Source of the DNA: TPA_inf: Saccharomyces
Taxonomy: Eukaryota
Direction: 5' to 3'
Length of the DNA stretch: 64,000 nt
Assembly (NCBI GenBank): GCA_000146045.2
Contig: BK006945.2
Span: 128,001-192,000 of the forward strand
The notes beneath the pieces were generated by a model. The model ran no database searches. It was not told the origin of the DNA and saw only the letters and a list, made by a program, of their open reading frames with translations. This document shows positions 44,051 through 55,622 of the stretch, one piece after another (position 1 is the stretch's first letter; each line of letters opens with the position of its first letter). The position numbers and the translations under genes were made by a program.

Positions 44051-44052
<2 letters not shown>

Positions 44053-44267
44053 CTATAGTGGCATACTTCTCAATGGACTGTTGCTTCTATCATTTTATAC
44101 ATGCGTTCAACTTTGAAGATTATCACAAAAACCTCAAACTTTTCAATTAATCTGCCCCGGTCATTTAAGTTAGCTCTTTTAGGACTCTCATGTTTTCAAA
44201 AAATAGATTGAAAAGAGCATTGGTGGCCCTACTTTCAATCCATTGATCATGATTCTTCGAGCTATCG

Positions 44268-46982
44268 CTAAAATATTCCACCGGATTCAGAGTTCTTTCC
44301 TTTACTGATATCGTAAGAAGACTCGCCTTCGTTTCCGTTACCAGACCTGACAAAAAACTCATCCCATACAGATCCCGAAGTAACCTGGAAAAGGATATCC
44401 ATGATATCTTGATTATTGGTATACGACTGGCAATTCAATGCAGAAGACGTATTTGTAGAAGCACTTTCATTTATCACTTGATTACCTTCGCTTACATCTA
44501 AAGTATTAAACTGGGAAACATTGCTGTGTTTTTCCAGTTCGGTAAAAAATTCATCTAGAGGTATATCAAAAGGTGCTTTTTCTTCAAAATTGGTTCTATT
44601 AAAAACCTTGTTATCAAAAGTACCGTCGTCAAAACCAAGTACGTTCGTTTTTTTATCATAACTTGACATGCGGTTTGCCTGAGAGGTTAGGGGATTTGAA
44701 TCCGAAAATATCCCTTTGGCATCATTTATTTGCATAAATTTTAACTTTATTACAACTGATGATAAAATTTTGTAACTCGTGTAACAGGTTTTCGCAGATT
44801 CGCAAAAACCTATCAGATTCTTCAGTACTATCAACACTTTTTCAGTGTACTCTGACACTTTTTCTTGACAATCATTTATGTTGTTTTTTGAGTAAAAATT
44901 TACGTAAAGGTAAGTCATACCTGTCATGAACATGTTATGAACTGCTACCCACGTGTAACCAATTTTTTTATTGACACAAAGATTGTAAAATACGTCTATG
45001 GTGCCCTTCGTACTGTCCAGGACAATTTTAAAAGCGGTATCATTCAAAGTAGGGAATTTTGGAGAAAGTCCATAAAGAATGCTCTTCGAGTAATGATAGT
45101 TCAGATCAAACCAGATGCTGTTAAATTTGCAATTCATCATCTCAAAGTTTTTGGGAACGTCCACTTGGAACCAACGCTCAAGCTCATTGTAGGTTTCAAT
45201 CCGCCAGCTCTCGAGATCCATAAACCTCCTCGGCAATTCTGCACCGGGCGCGTAGAGTATTCTCACTATACTAGCTTGGATTCTTCTGATTTTATACATG
45301 GCCAATGCGATAACTTTTGAAGACGGATTTGGGCTTGGTAAGTCTGAGTAGTCGTCAATTTCTCGGTTAGTTAATGTGATGAAGGAATCGTCCAAAAGGC
45401 TAGGATACCTGGTGGTGATGCTTTCTTCAGGTATACCAAAAGGTCGACCAAAATACGAGCAAATTTGCCGATCTAAGGAGTAAACGCACCAAAATAGACG
45501 CCTGCGTATTTCTCTGGTAAAGGCGTCATAATTTTTATTAATTTTTTCCGAATGTAGTCCTAGGTCAACCGTTAGTCTTAGTACAGAACCCATAGTATAC
45601 CAAACACCGGGGACATTAGGTCTCATTATTGAATAGATTACCATGAGCAAAGTGCCTGCCAATGCCTCCAACCTGTCTGAAGATGAAAATAAAGATGCAA
45701 TATATTTAGTAGCGCGTCTCTTATATGTCGCGACAGTAGTAATATCTGACTTAAGTACCTGCGTAGCATGGCCAATAGCAAATATAATGTTTAAAAAAAA
45801 ATAAGGTATGTGAAATTTTGTCGGTAGTTCAACTATCGGACGCATGTTGACTTTTTGAGATGTCTCCCAAGTGTCATACCATGGAACATCCACGGAAGAG
45901 CATACGTCAATCTTCTCAGTAACGTTCTCCCTTTTTGGTTCAGTATGCGCACTAAAAGCACTGGTAATTGGAATTTCGAACGCGCTATTTATGCCTGTCT
46001 GATCAGATGCCAATGCAATATTGGGATTCCAGGGACCATAAATAGGTTCAAAGTATTTTTTCAGGAAAAGTTCTCTATGCAGCAAAGGTAACTGGGAATT
46101 AGTATCTACAAAAAACCTGGATATCATAACTTCAGCGGCATGTCGAGGTGGTAGTTCCAATGGATCAAAGTGTGGATTGTTTTCAGCCTCTGCATATCCA
46201 TTGTATTTCTGTTCCCTTTGTTTAATATCTTCATCCAGAACGTCATCTCCGGAATCTTGACGAAAATTAGTTGCCGTGAAGACTAATTTCGCAAAGGAAA
46301 TACCCGATGAATCTCCTAAAAAAGAGTTAAAACTACTTTCTCTCATCGTGCCCAGCGCACTGATCTCCTTATTACATCGGCGTAGCTCTTCCGCTCTTGC
46401 ATCTGAAGTCATAGGGCTGCCTGTCTCGGGTAATAAAGCGCTACCATCTTGTTTTTTTGAGTTTACCAGAAATTCCTTGCGTTGTACATTTATAGTCTGT
46501 GGGCTTGCCATAGACTTGCTCGTTATAGCTGAGGATGCCATAGAATTCCCTTTCTGAACCAAATAATCCGCCAATAAGCCATTATGTGGCAATATTCCCT
46601 CTTCTCCCAAAGATGAAACTGAACTGTACTTTTTCAAATCAAAAGGTTCATCATCACTTGTAGCAGGTATATTTCCTCGTATTTTCGTGGGATCTACTCC
46701 ATATTCTTTCAACACACGCATCATGACAGCCAATCTATCTTCCAGAAAAAAGACGTAAGATCTTGGAACGTCCTTTCCGGTGGCTGGGTCCAAAGAAACA
46801 CATGGTACCTCTAATTTTGCACACCTCTTACAGCTAGGAAACTCCTGATCACATTTAATTTTTTTCAATCGACATCGTTTACATGCAGTTCTAGATTTGG
46901 AAATTCCTATATTAGGAGAATCTCCTCTTTTTGATAAATCTGTTCTATTACTTTTTTTGGAGTTAAATTTTTTCTGCTTCAT
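44268..46982 (-). CDS. PPR1: Zn2Cys6 transcription activator Ppr1 (904 aa), pyrimidine pathway regulator
   Basis: N-terminal CKRCRLKKIKCDQEFPSCKRCAKLEVPC binuclear cluster and the fungal transcription-factor middle homology region. Length 904 aa. Confidence 0.9.
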   Translation of the reverse strand: MKQKKFNSKKSNRTDLSKRGDSPNIGISKSRTACKRCRLKKIKCDQEFPSCKRCAKLEVPCVSLDPATGKDVPRSYVFFLEDRLAVMMRVLKEYGVDPTKIRGNIPATSDDEPFDLKKYSSVSSLGEEGILPHNGLLADYLVQKGNSMASSAITSKSMASPQTINVQRKEFLVNSKKQDGSALLPETGSPMTSDARAEELRRCNKEISALGTMRESSFNSFLGDSSGISFAKLVFTATNFRQDSGDDVLDEDIKQREQKYNGYAEAENNPHFDPLELPPRHAAEVMISRFFVDTNSQLPLLHRELFLKKYFEPIYGPWNPNIALASDQTGINSAFEIPITSAFSAHTEPKRENVTEKIDVCSSVDVPWYDTWETSQKVNMRPIVELPTKFHIPYFFLNIIFAIGHATQVLKSDITTVATYKRRATKYIASLFSSSDRLEALAGTLLMVIYSIMRPNVPGVWYTMGSVLRLTVDLGLHSEKINKNYDAFTREIRRRLFWCVYSLDRQICSYFGRPFGIPEESITTRYPSLLDDSFITLTNREIDDYSDLPSPNPSSKVIALAMYKIRRIQASIVRILYAPGAELPRRFMDLESWRIETYNELERWFQVDVPKNFEMMNCKFNSIWFDLNYHYSKSILYGLSPKFPTLNDTAFKIVLDSTKGTIDVFYNLCVNKKIGYTWVAVHNMFMTGMTYLYVNFYSKNNINDCQEKVSEYTEKVLIVLKNLIGFCESAKTCYTSYKILSSVVIKLKFMQINDAKGIFSDSNPLTSQANRMSSYDKKTNVLGFDDGTFDNKVFNRTNFEEKAPFDIPLDEFFTELEKHSNVSQFNTLDVSEGNQVINESASTNTSSALNCQSYTNNQDIMDILFQVTSGSVWDEFFVRSGNGNEGESSYDISKGKNSESGGIF

Positions 46983-47226
46983 GATTTAATCATCATCTTC
47001 GTATGTTTTATGTACTCTAAAGGGTTACTCCTGTGCGAATAAAGCAAACCACTTTACGTTACTAAAATTTTTCACATTTGGTATTGTGAGTATTTTATGA
47101 AGCTCATCGCGGTAAAAGAAAAAAATAGAGAATCTGTGATTATAGTTTAAAAAGGATGTAGACAAAGGATATCAGCGATAAAGGTGGCCATAATTGGACG
47201 AAGACAAATAATTCACTTCCTTAATA

Positions 47227-48744
47227 ATGAAGTTGGGTATTATACCTTACCAGGAAGGTACTGATATTGTTTACAAGAATGCTCTCCAGGGTCAGCAAGA
47301 AGGGAAGAGACCTAATTTACCACAGATGGAAGCAACGCACCAAATCAAGTCATCGGTTCAGGGTACAAGTTATGAGTTTGTCCGCACAGAAGATATTCCA
47401 TTGAATCGAAGACATTTTGTGTACAGACCGTGTTCCGCAAATCCCTTTTTCACTATTTTGGGGTATGGCTGTACAGAATACCCATTTGACCACTCTGGAA
47501 TGAGCGTCATGGACAGATCTGAAGGGTTGTCAATTAGTCGAGATGGAAATGATCTGGTAAGTGTCCCGGATCAATACGGTTGGAGAACTGCAAGAAGCGA
47601 TGTGTGTATTAAAGAAGGAATGACGTATTGGGAAGTGGAGGTAATTCGTGGAGGAAACAAGAAATTCGCAGACGGTGTTAATAATAAGGAAAATGCTGAT
47701 GATTCAGTAGACGAAGTACAAAGTGGCATATACGAAAAAATGCACAAACAAGTGAATGACACCCCGCATCTACGATTTGGAGTTTGCAGAAGAGAGGCCA
47801 GTTTAGAGGCTCCCGTAGGGTTTGATGTGTACGGGTATGGTATTAGAGACATTTCGTTAGAATCTATCCACGAAGGAAAATTGAATTGCGTCCTAGAAAA
47901 TGGTTCGCCATTGAAAGAGGGTGATAAAATCGGATTTCTACTGAGTCTTCCTAGCATTCATACACAAATCAAACAAGCTAAGGAGTTTACCAAAAGAAGA
48001 ATTTTTGCACTGAACTCCCATATGGATACGATGAATGAACCATGGAGAGAAGATGCTGAGAATGGGCCTTCAAGGAAAAAATTAAAACAAGAGACAACGA
48101 ACAAAGAATTTCAAAGGGCGCTATTAGAAGATATTGAATATAACGACGTCGTCCGCGATCAAATCGCCATCAGGTATAAGAACCAGTTGTTCTTTGAGGC
48201 AACGGACTATGTAAAGACAACGAAACCGGAATATTATTCTTCTGATAAGAGGGAAAGGCAAGACTATTACCAGTTAGAGGATTCATATCTTGCTATCTTT
48301 CAAAATGGTAAGTACCTAGGCAAAGCATTTGAAAATTTAAAGCCGTTGTTACCACCGTTCAGTGAGTTACAATACAATGAAAAGTTCTATCTTGGATATT
48401 GGCAACATGGTGAAGCTCGTGATGAGTCCAATGATAAAAACACAACCAGTGCCAAAAAGAAAAAGCAGCAACAAAAGAAAAAGAAGGGATTGATACTCAG
48501 AAACAAATACGTAAATAATAACAAACTGGGTTACTATCCAACAATCAGCTGTTTTAACGGTGGAACAGCGAGGATAATTAGTGAAGAAGATAAATTGGAG
48601 TACCTCGATCAAATCCGATCAGCTTACTGTGTTGACGGGAATTCAAAAGTTAACACACTGGATACATTGTACAAAGAACAGATAGCTGAAGACATAGTAT
48701 GGGATATAATCGATGAGTTGGAGCAAATTGCCCTACAGCAATAA
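47227..48744 (+). CDS. BRE2: COMPASS (Set1C) subunit Bre2 (505 aa), SPRY domain
   Basis: Sequence and length match, and synteny supports it. Confidence 0.85.
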   Translation: MKLGIIPYQEGTDIVYKNALQGQQEGKRPNLPQMEATHQIKSSVQGTSYEFVRTEDIPLNRRHFVYRPCSANPFFTILGYGCTEYPFDHSGMSVMDRSEGLSISRDGNDLVSVPDQYGWRTARSDVCIKEGMTYWEVEVIRGGNKKFADGVNNKENADDSVDEVQSGIYEKMHKQVNDTPHLRFGVCRREASLEAPVGFDVYGYGIRDISLESIHEGKLNCVLENGSPLKEGDKIGFLLSLPSIHTQIKQAKEFTKRRIFALNSHMDTMNEPWREDAENGPSRKKLKQETTNKEFQRALLEDIEYNDVVRDQIAIRYKNQLFFEATDYVKTTKPEYYSSDKRERQDYYQLEDSYLAIFQNGKYLGKAFENLKPLLPPFSELQYNEKFYLGYWQHGEARDESNDKNTTSAKKKKQQQKKKKGLILRNKYVNNNKLGYYPTISCFNGGTARIISEEDKLEYLDQIRSAYCVDGNSKVNTLDTLYKEQIAEDIVWDIIDELEQIALQQ

Positions 48745-48801
48745 AGCAGCATTCAAAGAAGAATAATTAAAACACACTGAAAGTGTGTTTCTTATATATG
48801 G

Positions 48802-49416
48802 TTATACATTCATGAAGATGAGTTCGTAATCGTTATCTTCTTCAAATTCTGAAAGTGTAAGGACGTCACCACTTCGTAGCTCTATATATCTCGCTCCAGG
48901 AATTACAACGTTGTTCAAACATGTCCCATTGGACGAATCCAAATCCATTACATAACATTTCAAAATGCCACGAACGTTCCTGAACTGGATGACGCAGTGC
49001 TGCTTTGAGGATGTTTCTTCGGGTATACCAATGTCTGCGACAACGATCTCCGTTCTATCGTCGAGATCTGTATCCAGACTGTGGCCCAGTTCACGACCGA
49101 CTAAATAACAGCTCCTGCCGTTCAAATCGTATCTTTTCCACGGTCCTTTATCCTTGTCATTCTTTCTGTATATCACTAGTTCATACATAGTCCTATCTCG
49201 CGCCTCCAGTCCTAGCATATCCATGTAGTTATCTGGAGAAATAGCGTCCTGCGGCTCCACATGTTTTAAAGCTATACCTTCTTTGTTATTCGACTCCAGC
49301 TCTAACAGACCGGAAGGGCTGAAGTCTGGCATAATATCGATGTACTGCGATTTGAATTTCTTGTCATCATGGCCATAATTTCTGGTGTTATAAGGTCTTT
49401 TGCGTCTGTGAAACAT
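48802..49416 (-). CDS. PML1: RES complex FHA-domain protein Pml1 (204 aa). The track ORF starts 4 codons further upstream at 49428.
   Basis: An FHA-like region (GRSCYLVGRE...HCVIQF...SSNGTCLN). Confidence 0.85.
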   Translation of the reverse strand: MFHRRKRPYNTRNYGHDDKKFKSQYIDIMPDFSPSGLLELESNNKEGIALKHVEPQDAISPDNYMDMLGLEARDRTMYELVIYRKNDKDKGPWKRYDLNGRSCYLVGRELGHSLDTDLDDRTEIVVADIGIPEETSSKQHCVIQFRNVRGILKCYVMDLDSSNGTCLNNVVIPGARYIELRSGDVLTLSEFEEDNDYELIFMNV

Positions 49417-49589
49417 GTCTATACGCAAATGGAGTCGGAAATGAAGTACACCATGCTTGCTGTGGCTTTTACGTTATACCAAGGCTTCTATTGTAGGACG
49501 CCTTTATTGTCAATTATGTGAAAAGAAAGCAAAAAAAAGAAAAAGAAAAATGAAAAAAGATGAACGTGTGAATGAAAAAAAACTATTTC

Positions 49590-49604
49590 GAGATGAGATG
49601 AGAT
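49590..49604 (+). promoter_or_regulatory. Tandem PAC-core-like GAGATGAGATGAGAT ending 4 bp before the MEU1 ATG
   Basis: Read from the sequence. Its functional significance is unknown. Confidence 0.3.
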
Positions 49605-49607
49605 TAA

Positions 49608-50621
49608 ATGAACAGGATTAAGAATACATTTTCTGTTGCTAAGAGATTAAAACTAAGCAAAGTTATGACGAACTCAGAATTACCGAGCATATTCGAAGGA
49701 ACTGTTGATTTAGGGATTATTGGTGGTACAGGTTTATATAACCTTGACTGTCTGGAGCCCATCGCTTTGCTTCCACCCATGGTAACACCATGGGGTACCA
49801 CATCGTCTCCTGTCACAATCTCTCAGTTCGTAGGAACTAACAGCCACTTTCACGTTGCGTTCATAGCCAGACACGGTATTAACCACGAATACCCACCCAC
49901 TAAAGTCCCATTTAGAGCAAACATGGCGGCCTTAAAGAACTTAAATTGTAAAGCCGTTCTTTCTTTTAGTGCCGTGGGGTCTTTACAACCCCATATAAAG
50001 CCTAGAGATTTTGTGTTACCACAGCAAATAATCGACAGAACTAAAGGCATAAGACATTCTTCATATTTCAACGATGAAGGCTTGGTAGGTCACGTTGGTT
50101 TCGGACAGCCGTTCTCTCAAAAATTCGCAGAGTATATCTATCAATTCAAGAACGAGATAACAAATCCTGAATCCGAAGAACCGTGCCATTTGCATTACGA
50201 CAAGGATATGACCGTTGTGTGTATGGAAGGCCCACAATTCTCCACGCGCGCTGAATCCAAGATGTACAGAATGTTTGGTGGCCATGTTATTAACATGAGT
50301 GTTATTCCAGAAGCCAAATTGGCGCGTGAGTGTGAGCTGCCTTACCAGATGATTTGTATGTCTACCGATTACGACGCATGGAGAGATGAGGCAGAACCTG
50401 TTACCGTAGAAACCGTTATTGGTAATTTGACGAATAATGGGCGCAATGCAAATATTTTAGCTTCTAAGATCATCGTCTCAATGGCCAAGGAAATCCCAGA
50501 GTTCATGCATACTGGCGATGGGCTGCGCGGTTCCATCAAGAAATCTATCTCTACCAAACCAGAGGCTATGTCCAAGGAAACCTTAGAAAGACTAAGATAC
50601 TTATTTCCAAACTATTGGTAA
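49608..50621 (+). CDS. MEU1: 5'-methylthioadenosine phosphorylase Meu1 (337 aa), PNP/MTAP family
   Basis: IGIIGGTGL phosphate-binding motif and the PNP-family core. Length 337 aa. Confidence 0.9.
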
Positions 50622-50706
50622 TGGTTGCCGCTAATCATATGTAAAATATAAATAGGAGAGAAAACATATATAGCTATGGAAAGTATTAAATGTTTTTTTG
50701 CTGTTT

Positions 50707-51606
50707 TTATATTTTCCCCCTTGGGGACTGTGAGTTCATCATATATGCATATTTGCTACTTGGAATGTAGCCCTTCCTAGTTACAGGGGTATGCGGCGAG
50801 TTATTGTCATTGTTAGCGCTCACTAATGTGCTACTGATACCGCTATGCCTCTGCAGTGTGCCAAATACATTCTTTGTGTGTAAGGATTGAGATTGTAGTT
50901 TCGTCTGTTCCTCCGCCATTTCCCTTTGTCTTGCTTTCAAAGGCGTCTCTAAGCCTTTGAAGAGATATGCTGGATGATTTTTGAGATTTGTTTGAGGAAT
51001 ATGTGTTTTGTTCTGTGCCATTTGGCTGATCTTAGAAGTGGATACGTAGTGGGGGTGTTGTGGCTGCAACCCAGTATCGACAGATGATTGCATGTCTACC
51101 CCCAGGAGCTTCTTTTGCCTGTCAGTGAGATTCAAATCACTTACTTTGACGGTGGATAAGAGCTTCCAAAGAGAAAACAGTATATTGAGCGAGATTAATA
51201 GGTGGAACAAGTAGTCAAGAAGTTCTGCATTCAACCAACTGAACGTGGTGTGATATATGATGTTAGCCTTCTTTAACGTGTGAAATGTCAACATGTACAG
51301 ATGGATTCTGGATAGCCGGTTGCAAAACTGTCTCCCAACATGAGTGTTGTTCCAAAAGAACTTGATGAACTTCACCAGCAGGTTCCAGAACGCAAACGCA
51401 ATTACGTTTGTCATAATTCTCTGCGTCTCCATTTCCTTGTTTACCGTTCGCCGTGATAGCTCCTTGAGCACAGGACTTTCAAAGTTGCCCAATTTAAACA
51501 TTGGTGTGTCATTTTGTGATTGTGATGAGGGTTTGCTGTCTGTGTCCGGCAATGGTCCCGGCACGTCATTATCGTCCAGGCCCAATTGGCCCGCCTGAAT
51601 CTTCAT
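50707..51606 (-). CDS. POM34: Nuclear pore membrane protein Pom34 (299 aa)
   Basis: Two TM segments. Length and sequence match. Confidence 0.85.
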   Translation of the reverse strand: MKIQAGQLGLDDNDVPGPLPDTDSKPSSQSQNDTPMFKLGNFESPVLKELSRRTVNKEMETQRIMTNVIAFAFWNLLVKFIKFFWNNTHVGRQFCNRLSRIHLYMLTFHTLKKANIIYHTTFSWLNAELLDYLFHLLISLNILFSLWKLLSTVKVSDLNLTDRQKKLLGVDMQSSVDTGLQPQHPHYVSTSKISQMAQNKTHIPQTNLKNHPAYLFKGLETPLKARQREMAEEQTKLQSQSLHTKNVFGTLQRHSGISSTLVSANNDNNSPHTPVTRKGYIPSSKYAYMMNSQSPRGKI

Positions 51607-52287
51607 AGTTCCCTCTATTATTTTTTTGCCTCTGCGGATATATTAAAAGTCTGTATATTGTCAAGTTCTTATAATATAAATCTTTTTGTTCATCATAACC
51701 ATCTTATTAATTGTTATTATTTCTATCATTATTACTATTAGCACAAATTTCATTTTTTTTTTTTTTCATTTTTCTTTAGACTTTAGCCCTAATTAGACCT
51801 GAGAAATATTATTATAACCTGAGAAAGGTTTATAAAAAGAACATTATAACCTACAAAAAAGATACTTAAACCCTGAAGTTAATAGGTTTGGACCCTCTTT
51901 TTTTTTTTTTGCTTTTTTTTAGAAAACCTCAGTATTCACAGTCTAAGGAACAGATAAAGAGAAGCTTTATGAAAGCAGTCCACAGTGCCACGAACTTTGA
52001 CATATATAATTGACTTGTGGGGGCTACCGACTGGCTTATATTTCTAAAATTTAGAGATTTGATTATCTTTTTCGCAGCGCGTAAAAGAAACCCACGAAGC
52101 ATCGCTTAATTTACACATATTCTTCGTTCTCCCCTTTTGGAGAGGATTTAAGCTAAGATATATCTTTCTTCGAGCGCAGTGCTGCTTTTGAGTTCTTTCG
52201 TTTTAATTTTCCACTTATTTGGCAATAAAAACTGAGTGAAGAGTGCTTCTCTGTCTGTTTTAGGGAGCTTTTTCAGATCATCATCAG

Positions 52288-53481
52288 ATGGGATTTATAG
52301 CAAATATACTGTGCTGTTCTTCAGATACTTCCAAAACACATCGTCAACGCCAACCACCAGAAACTAATCACAACCGCAACCGCAACCGTAAGCACAGTTC
52401 AAACAAAGCTCAAACTCAGGGTCGTAAGCAGAAGGCTACTCCAAACGGCGACAAGATGCAATATTCCACACCGGAGATCCTTTTGTCTAGTTCCGATTCA
52501 GGCAGCAATGCGGGTTCCAAGACAATGCAGGAGAATGGGAATAGCGGCAATGGAAAACTAGCACCTTTATCAAGAGATCACTCCAACAACTCGTACGATG
52601 AGGAGAAAGAATATGAAGATTATAATGAAGGAGACGTAGAAATGACGGAGGTTAACAATGCCGGAGAAGAAGAAGAAGAAGATGACGAAGCAAAAGAAAA
52701 GCAAGACCATGTCGTTCATGAATATAACGTTGACGCAGATAGAAATTCCAGTATTAATGACGAGGCGCCACCACAACAGGGTCTGTATCAGGTGGGTCAA
52801 GAAGATATGAATCCACAATATGTCGCCAGCAGTCCTGATAATGATTTAAACTTGATACCTACAACGGAGGAGGACTTCTCTGACCTGACGCATTTGCAAC
52901 CAGACCAGTACCATGCCCCCGGATACGACACTCTGCTACCACCCAAGTTGCAAGAATTTCAACAGAAAAAATGTCTGATATTGGATCTAGACGAAACTTT
53001 GGTACATTCTTCCTTTAAATATATGCATTCAGCTGATTTCGTTTTGCCCGTCGAAATCGATGATCAAGTTCACAATGTCTATGTTATTAAGAGGCCAGGC
53101 GTCGATGAGTTCTTGAACAGGGTGAGTCAACTATACGAAGTTGTTGTGTTCACGGCAAGTGTTTCGAGGTATGCAAACCCCCTTTTAGATACGTTGGACC
53201 CTAATGGAACCATCCATCATCGATTATTCAGAGAAGCTTGTTATAACTACGAAGGTAACTACATCAAGAACTTATCGCAGATCGGAAGACCATTGTCCGA
53301 AACAATCATCTTAGATAATTCGCCGGCCTCTTACATCTTTCATCCGCAACATGCTGTTCCGATATCTTCTTGGTTCTCTGATACTCATGATAATGAGTTA
53401 CTAGATATTATCCCACTTTTGGAGGACCTTTCATCAGGAAACGTGTTGGATGTGGGGAGCGTGTTGGATGTGACGATATAG
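52288..53481 (+). CDS. PSR2: Plasma-membrane NIF/FCP1-family phosphatase Psr2 (397 aa), paralog of PSR1
   Basis: N-terminus [13 protein letters not shown]-terminal HAD domain with [10 protein letters not shown] that is near-identical to PSR1. Confidence 0.95.
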
Positions 53482-53788
53482 ATTTCTCAGTAACATAAAA
53501 AGCAGGCTCTTTTTATTACCCCCCCCTTCGGTTATATGTTTGGACGAACTCATGTTTCTCTTTTTATACAGAAGACTTCACCGGATATTTATAAACTTAA
53601 TGAATTAATTTGCTTATTACATGTATCAATTGTACTTTACGTGTAACATCTACAGATACATATATCCGTATATACTAGCATATATATAAATATATACTCT
53701 ATACATATATCTATTTATTATGCTTTTCTTTCCTCTTTTTATGGCATATTATATTTTACAAAGAAACCACAAAGAAAAAACTTTTACC

Positions 53789-55405
53789 TCACCTTGCATT
53801 AGGAAACCTCAAATTTTCTATCATTGGCTTACCAATTCTATCTATAACATCATGCGCCCATAAAACGTCCAGATGGGAATACTCATCAATATACCAGATT
53901 TTGTACACTGCATTTGCTTCATGATTAATGAAGTGATTAATTAATCGTTCACCATCTACTAATCTATCTTGCTTTGGAATAAACATTATAATGTGTGGAA
54001 ATTCTTCACTATTTTGTCTTTTCGGATTTAAGTGTAGTTTGTTGTTATCCAAATTATTGCCACTGTCATCATCATTCTTGGCAATAGGAAACCATGTCTT
54101 TTTATCTGGAAAAATTTTCTCTGCACCCTTCTTAAAACTTAGCTTATTAGGAAGAGGTGACAACCACCATTGCATTAGTTTGACGGAAATATGGACTGGT
54201 GAAAATAAGAAATTTCGGTCCCTTAAAACTCTATCCCATAAGACATCGTTCCAATCAAATAGGTAGTTAAACATGATGTATGAGAGGAACGAAAAAATCT
54301 TGGTCCCAACCATTAGTTTTCTCATTGTCATCATAAGAGGTATAAACGATCTTCTACCAAAGTACCACGGAGAATCAATACCTTTTGCCATTAGCCTCAC
54401 AAATGCTTTTTCATCCAATAAAGGTCCAGGGTACACTGCAGGTGCCAAAGCAACAAAGTTTTCCAGCTTATCGACTAATTTAAAATCACTTGCGTATAGT
54501 TTCTCACCGTTGACAAGCCCCATAAACCCTTGTGTTGTACCTTGTGAATGCGCCACGAGCGATAGTTTAGCATATCCGGTACTATCAAGTACATAATTTA
54601 TAAGTGCTTTTAAATCGTATTGAACCATCTGGTGCATATCCCAATCCCATTTTTTGGAATGATCATTACCTAATTTTTTCATGTTCCACTTGGCATTTAA
54701 GCCACATCTGTTATTCCCCAACCAAACATCAAATCCAGATTCATAAAGGAAGTATGCCAGAGATTTTCTACCTGAAGATGCGAAGGCCCCGCAACTTTGC
54801 AAAAGACCGTGTAATAGCAAAATGGGTTCACGTTTCACTTCCTCTACGCCATCGTTTAACCTGGACTTGAAGTGCCACAAATCAATGATAAAACCGTCGT
54901 CTGTCTCCACCTCAAATTCTTCAATATCAATACCATACTCTTTATAATAGTACTTTAAGTCAGGTACCAGCTTGGTATCCTCCGCAAGCGCAATGTTTTG
55001 GAAGGGATTCTCTGCAGCATATGGGGCTTGGTTCACATTCGTTTCCATTTTAATATTAGCATTTCCATCACCGTTCTCTGATAAAGAGGCATTACTAGTC
55101 ATGGACAGCTTGCTAGTCACAGTACGGTCATATTCAATATTATTTTCCTGATCCCGCTGTAAATCTAAGGGCGTTGTGGAAGATATTGACAAAGGTCTAG
55201 AGTGACGTGCTGGTCGTTTCTTCTTCTTGTCATTTGGCTGGATCTTGGTTCTCGAACTTCTTGTATCTCTTGGATCATTTTTATGTTGGAAATGAACTGT
55301 CACGTAATTCTTCCATAGTGACAAAATGAATAACCCCGTCATAAACGAAGTGAGAATTATTGCGCTCACCAACCGCTGAACCTCATCAACCACCTTATTT
55401 ACCAT
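53789..55405 (-). CDS. YEH2: Steryl ester hydrolase Yeh2 (538 aa), alpha/beta-hydrolase lipase
   Basis: An N-terminal TM and the lipase nucleophile elbow (VAHSQGTTQG). Confidence 0.85.
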   Translation of the reverse strand: MVNKVVDEVQRLVSAIILTSFMTGLFILSLWKNYVTVHFQHKNDPRDTRSSRTKIQPNDKKKKRPARHSRPLSISSTTPLDLQRDQENNIEYDRTVTSKLSMTSNASLSENGDGNANIKMETNVNQAPYAAENPFQNIALAEDTKLVPDLKYYYKEYGIDIEEFEVETDDGFIIDLWHFKSRLNDGVEEVKREPILLLHGLLQSCGAFASSGRKSLAYFLYESGFDVWLGNNRCGLNAKWNMKKLGNDHSKKWDWDMHQMVQYDLKALINYVLDSTGYAKLSLVAHSQGTTQGFMGLVNGEKLYASDFKLVDKLENFVALAPAVYPGPLLDEKAFVRLMAKGIDSPWYFGRRSFIPLMMTMRKLMVGTKIFSFLSYIMFNYLFDWNDVLWDRVLRDRNFLFSPVHISVKLMQWWLSPLPNKLSFKKGAEKIFPDKKTWFPIAKNDDDSGNNLDNNKLHLNPKRQNSEEFPHIIMFIPKQDRLVDGERLINHFINHEANAVYKIWYIDEYSHLDVLWAHDVIDRIGKPMIENLRFPNAR

Positions 55406-55622
55406 GCTTATCGTAAAGGTGCCACGGGGATCCCAATGATAGTTGAGTATTTCCCAACAATTTTAATTATACCTTTGATGAGAAACATTTGCGTACTATT
55501 TGTGTGAAAAAAAATGAAGAACTTAATGCGCGAATTATTGGGATAACAACGCCAATGGTGAATCAAAATATTAACAATGACAAAAAGAATGGGCTATTTT
55601 TGTACAAAATACTGTTGCAAAT

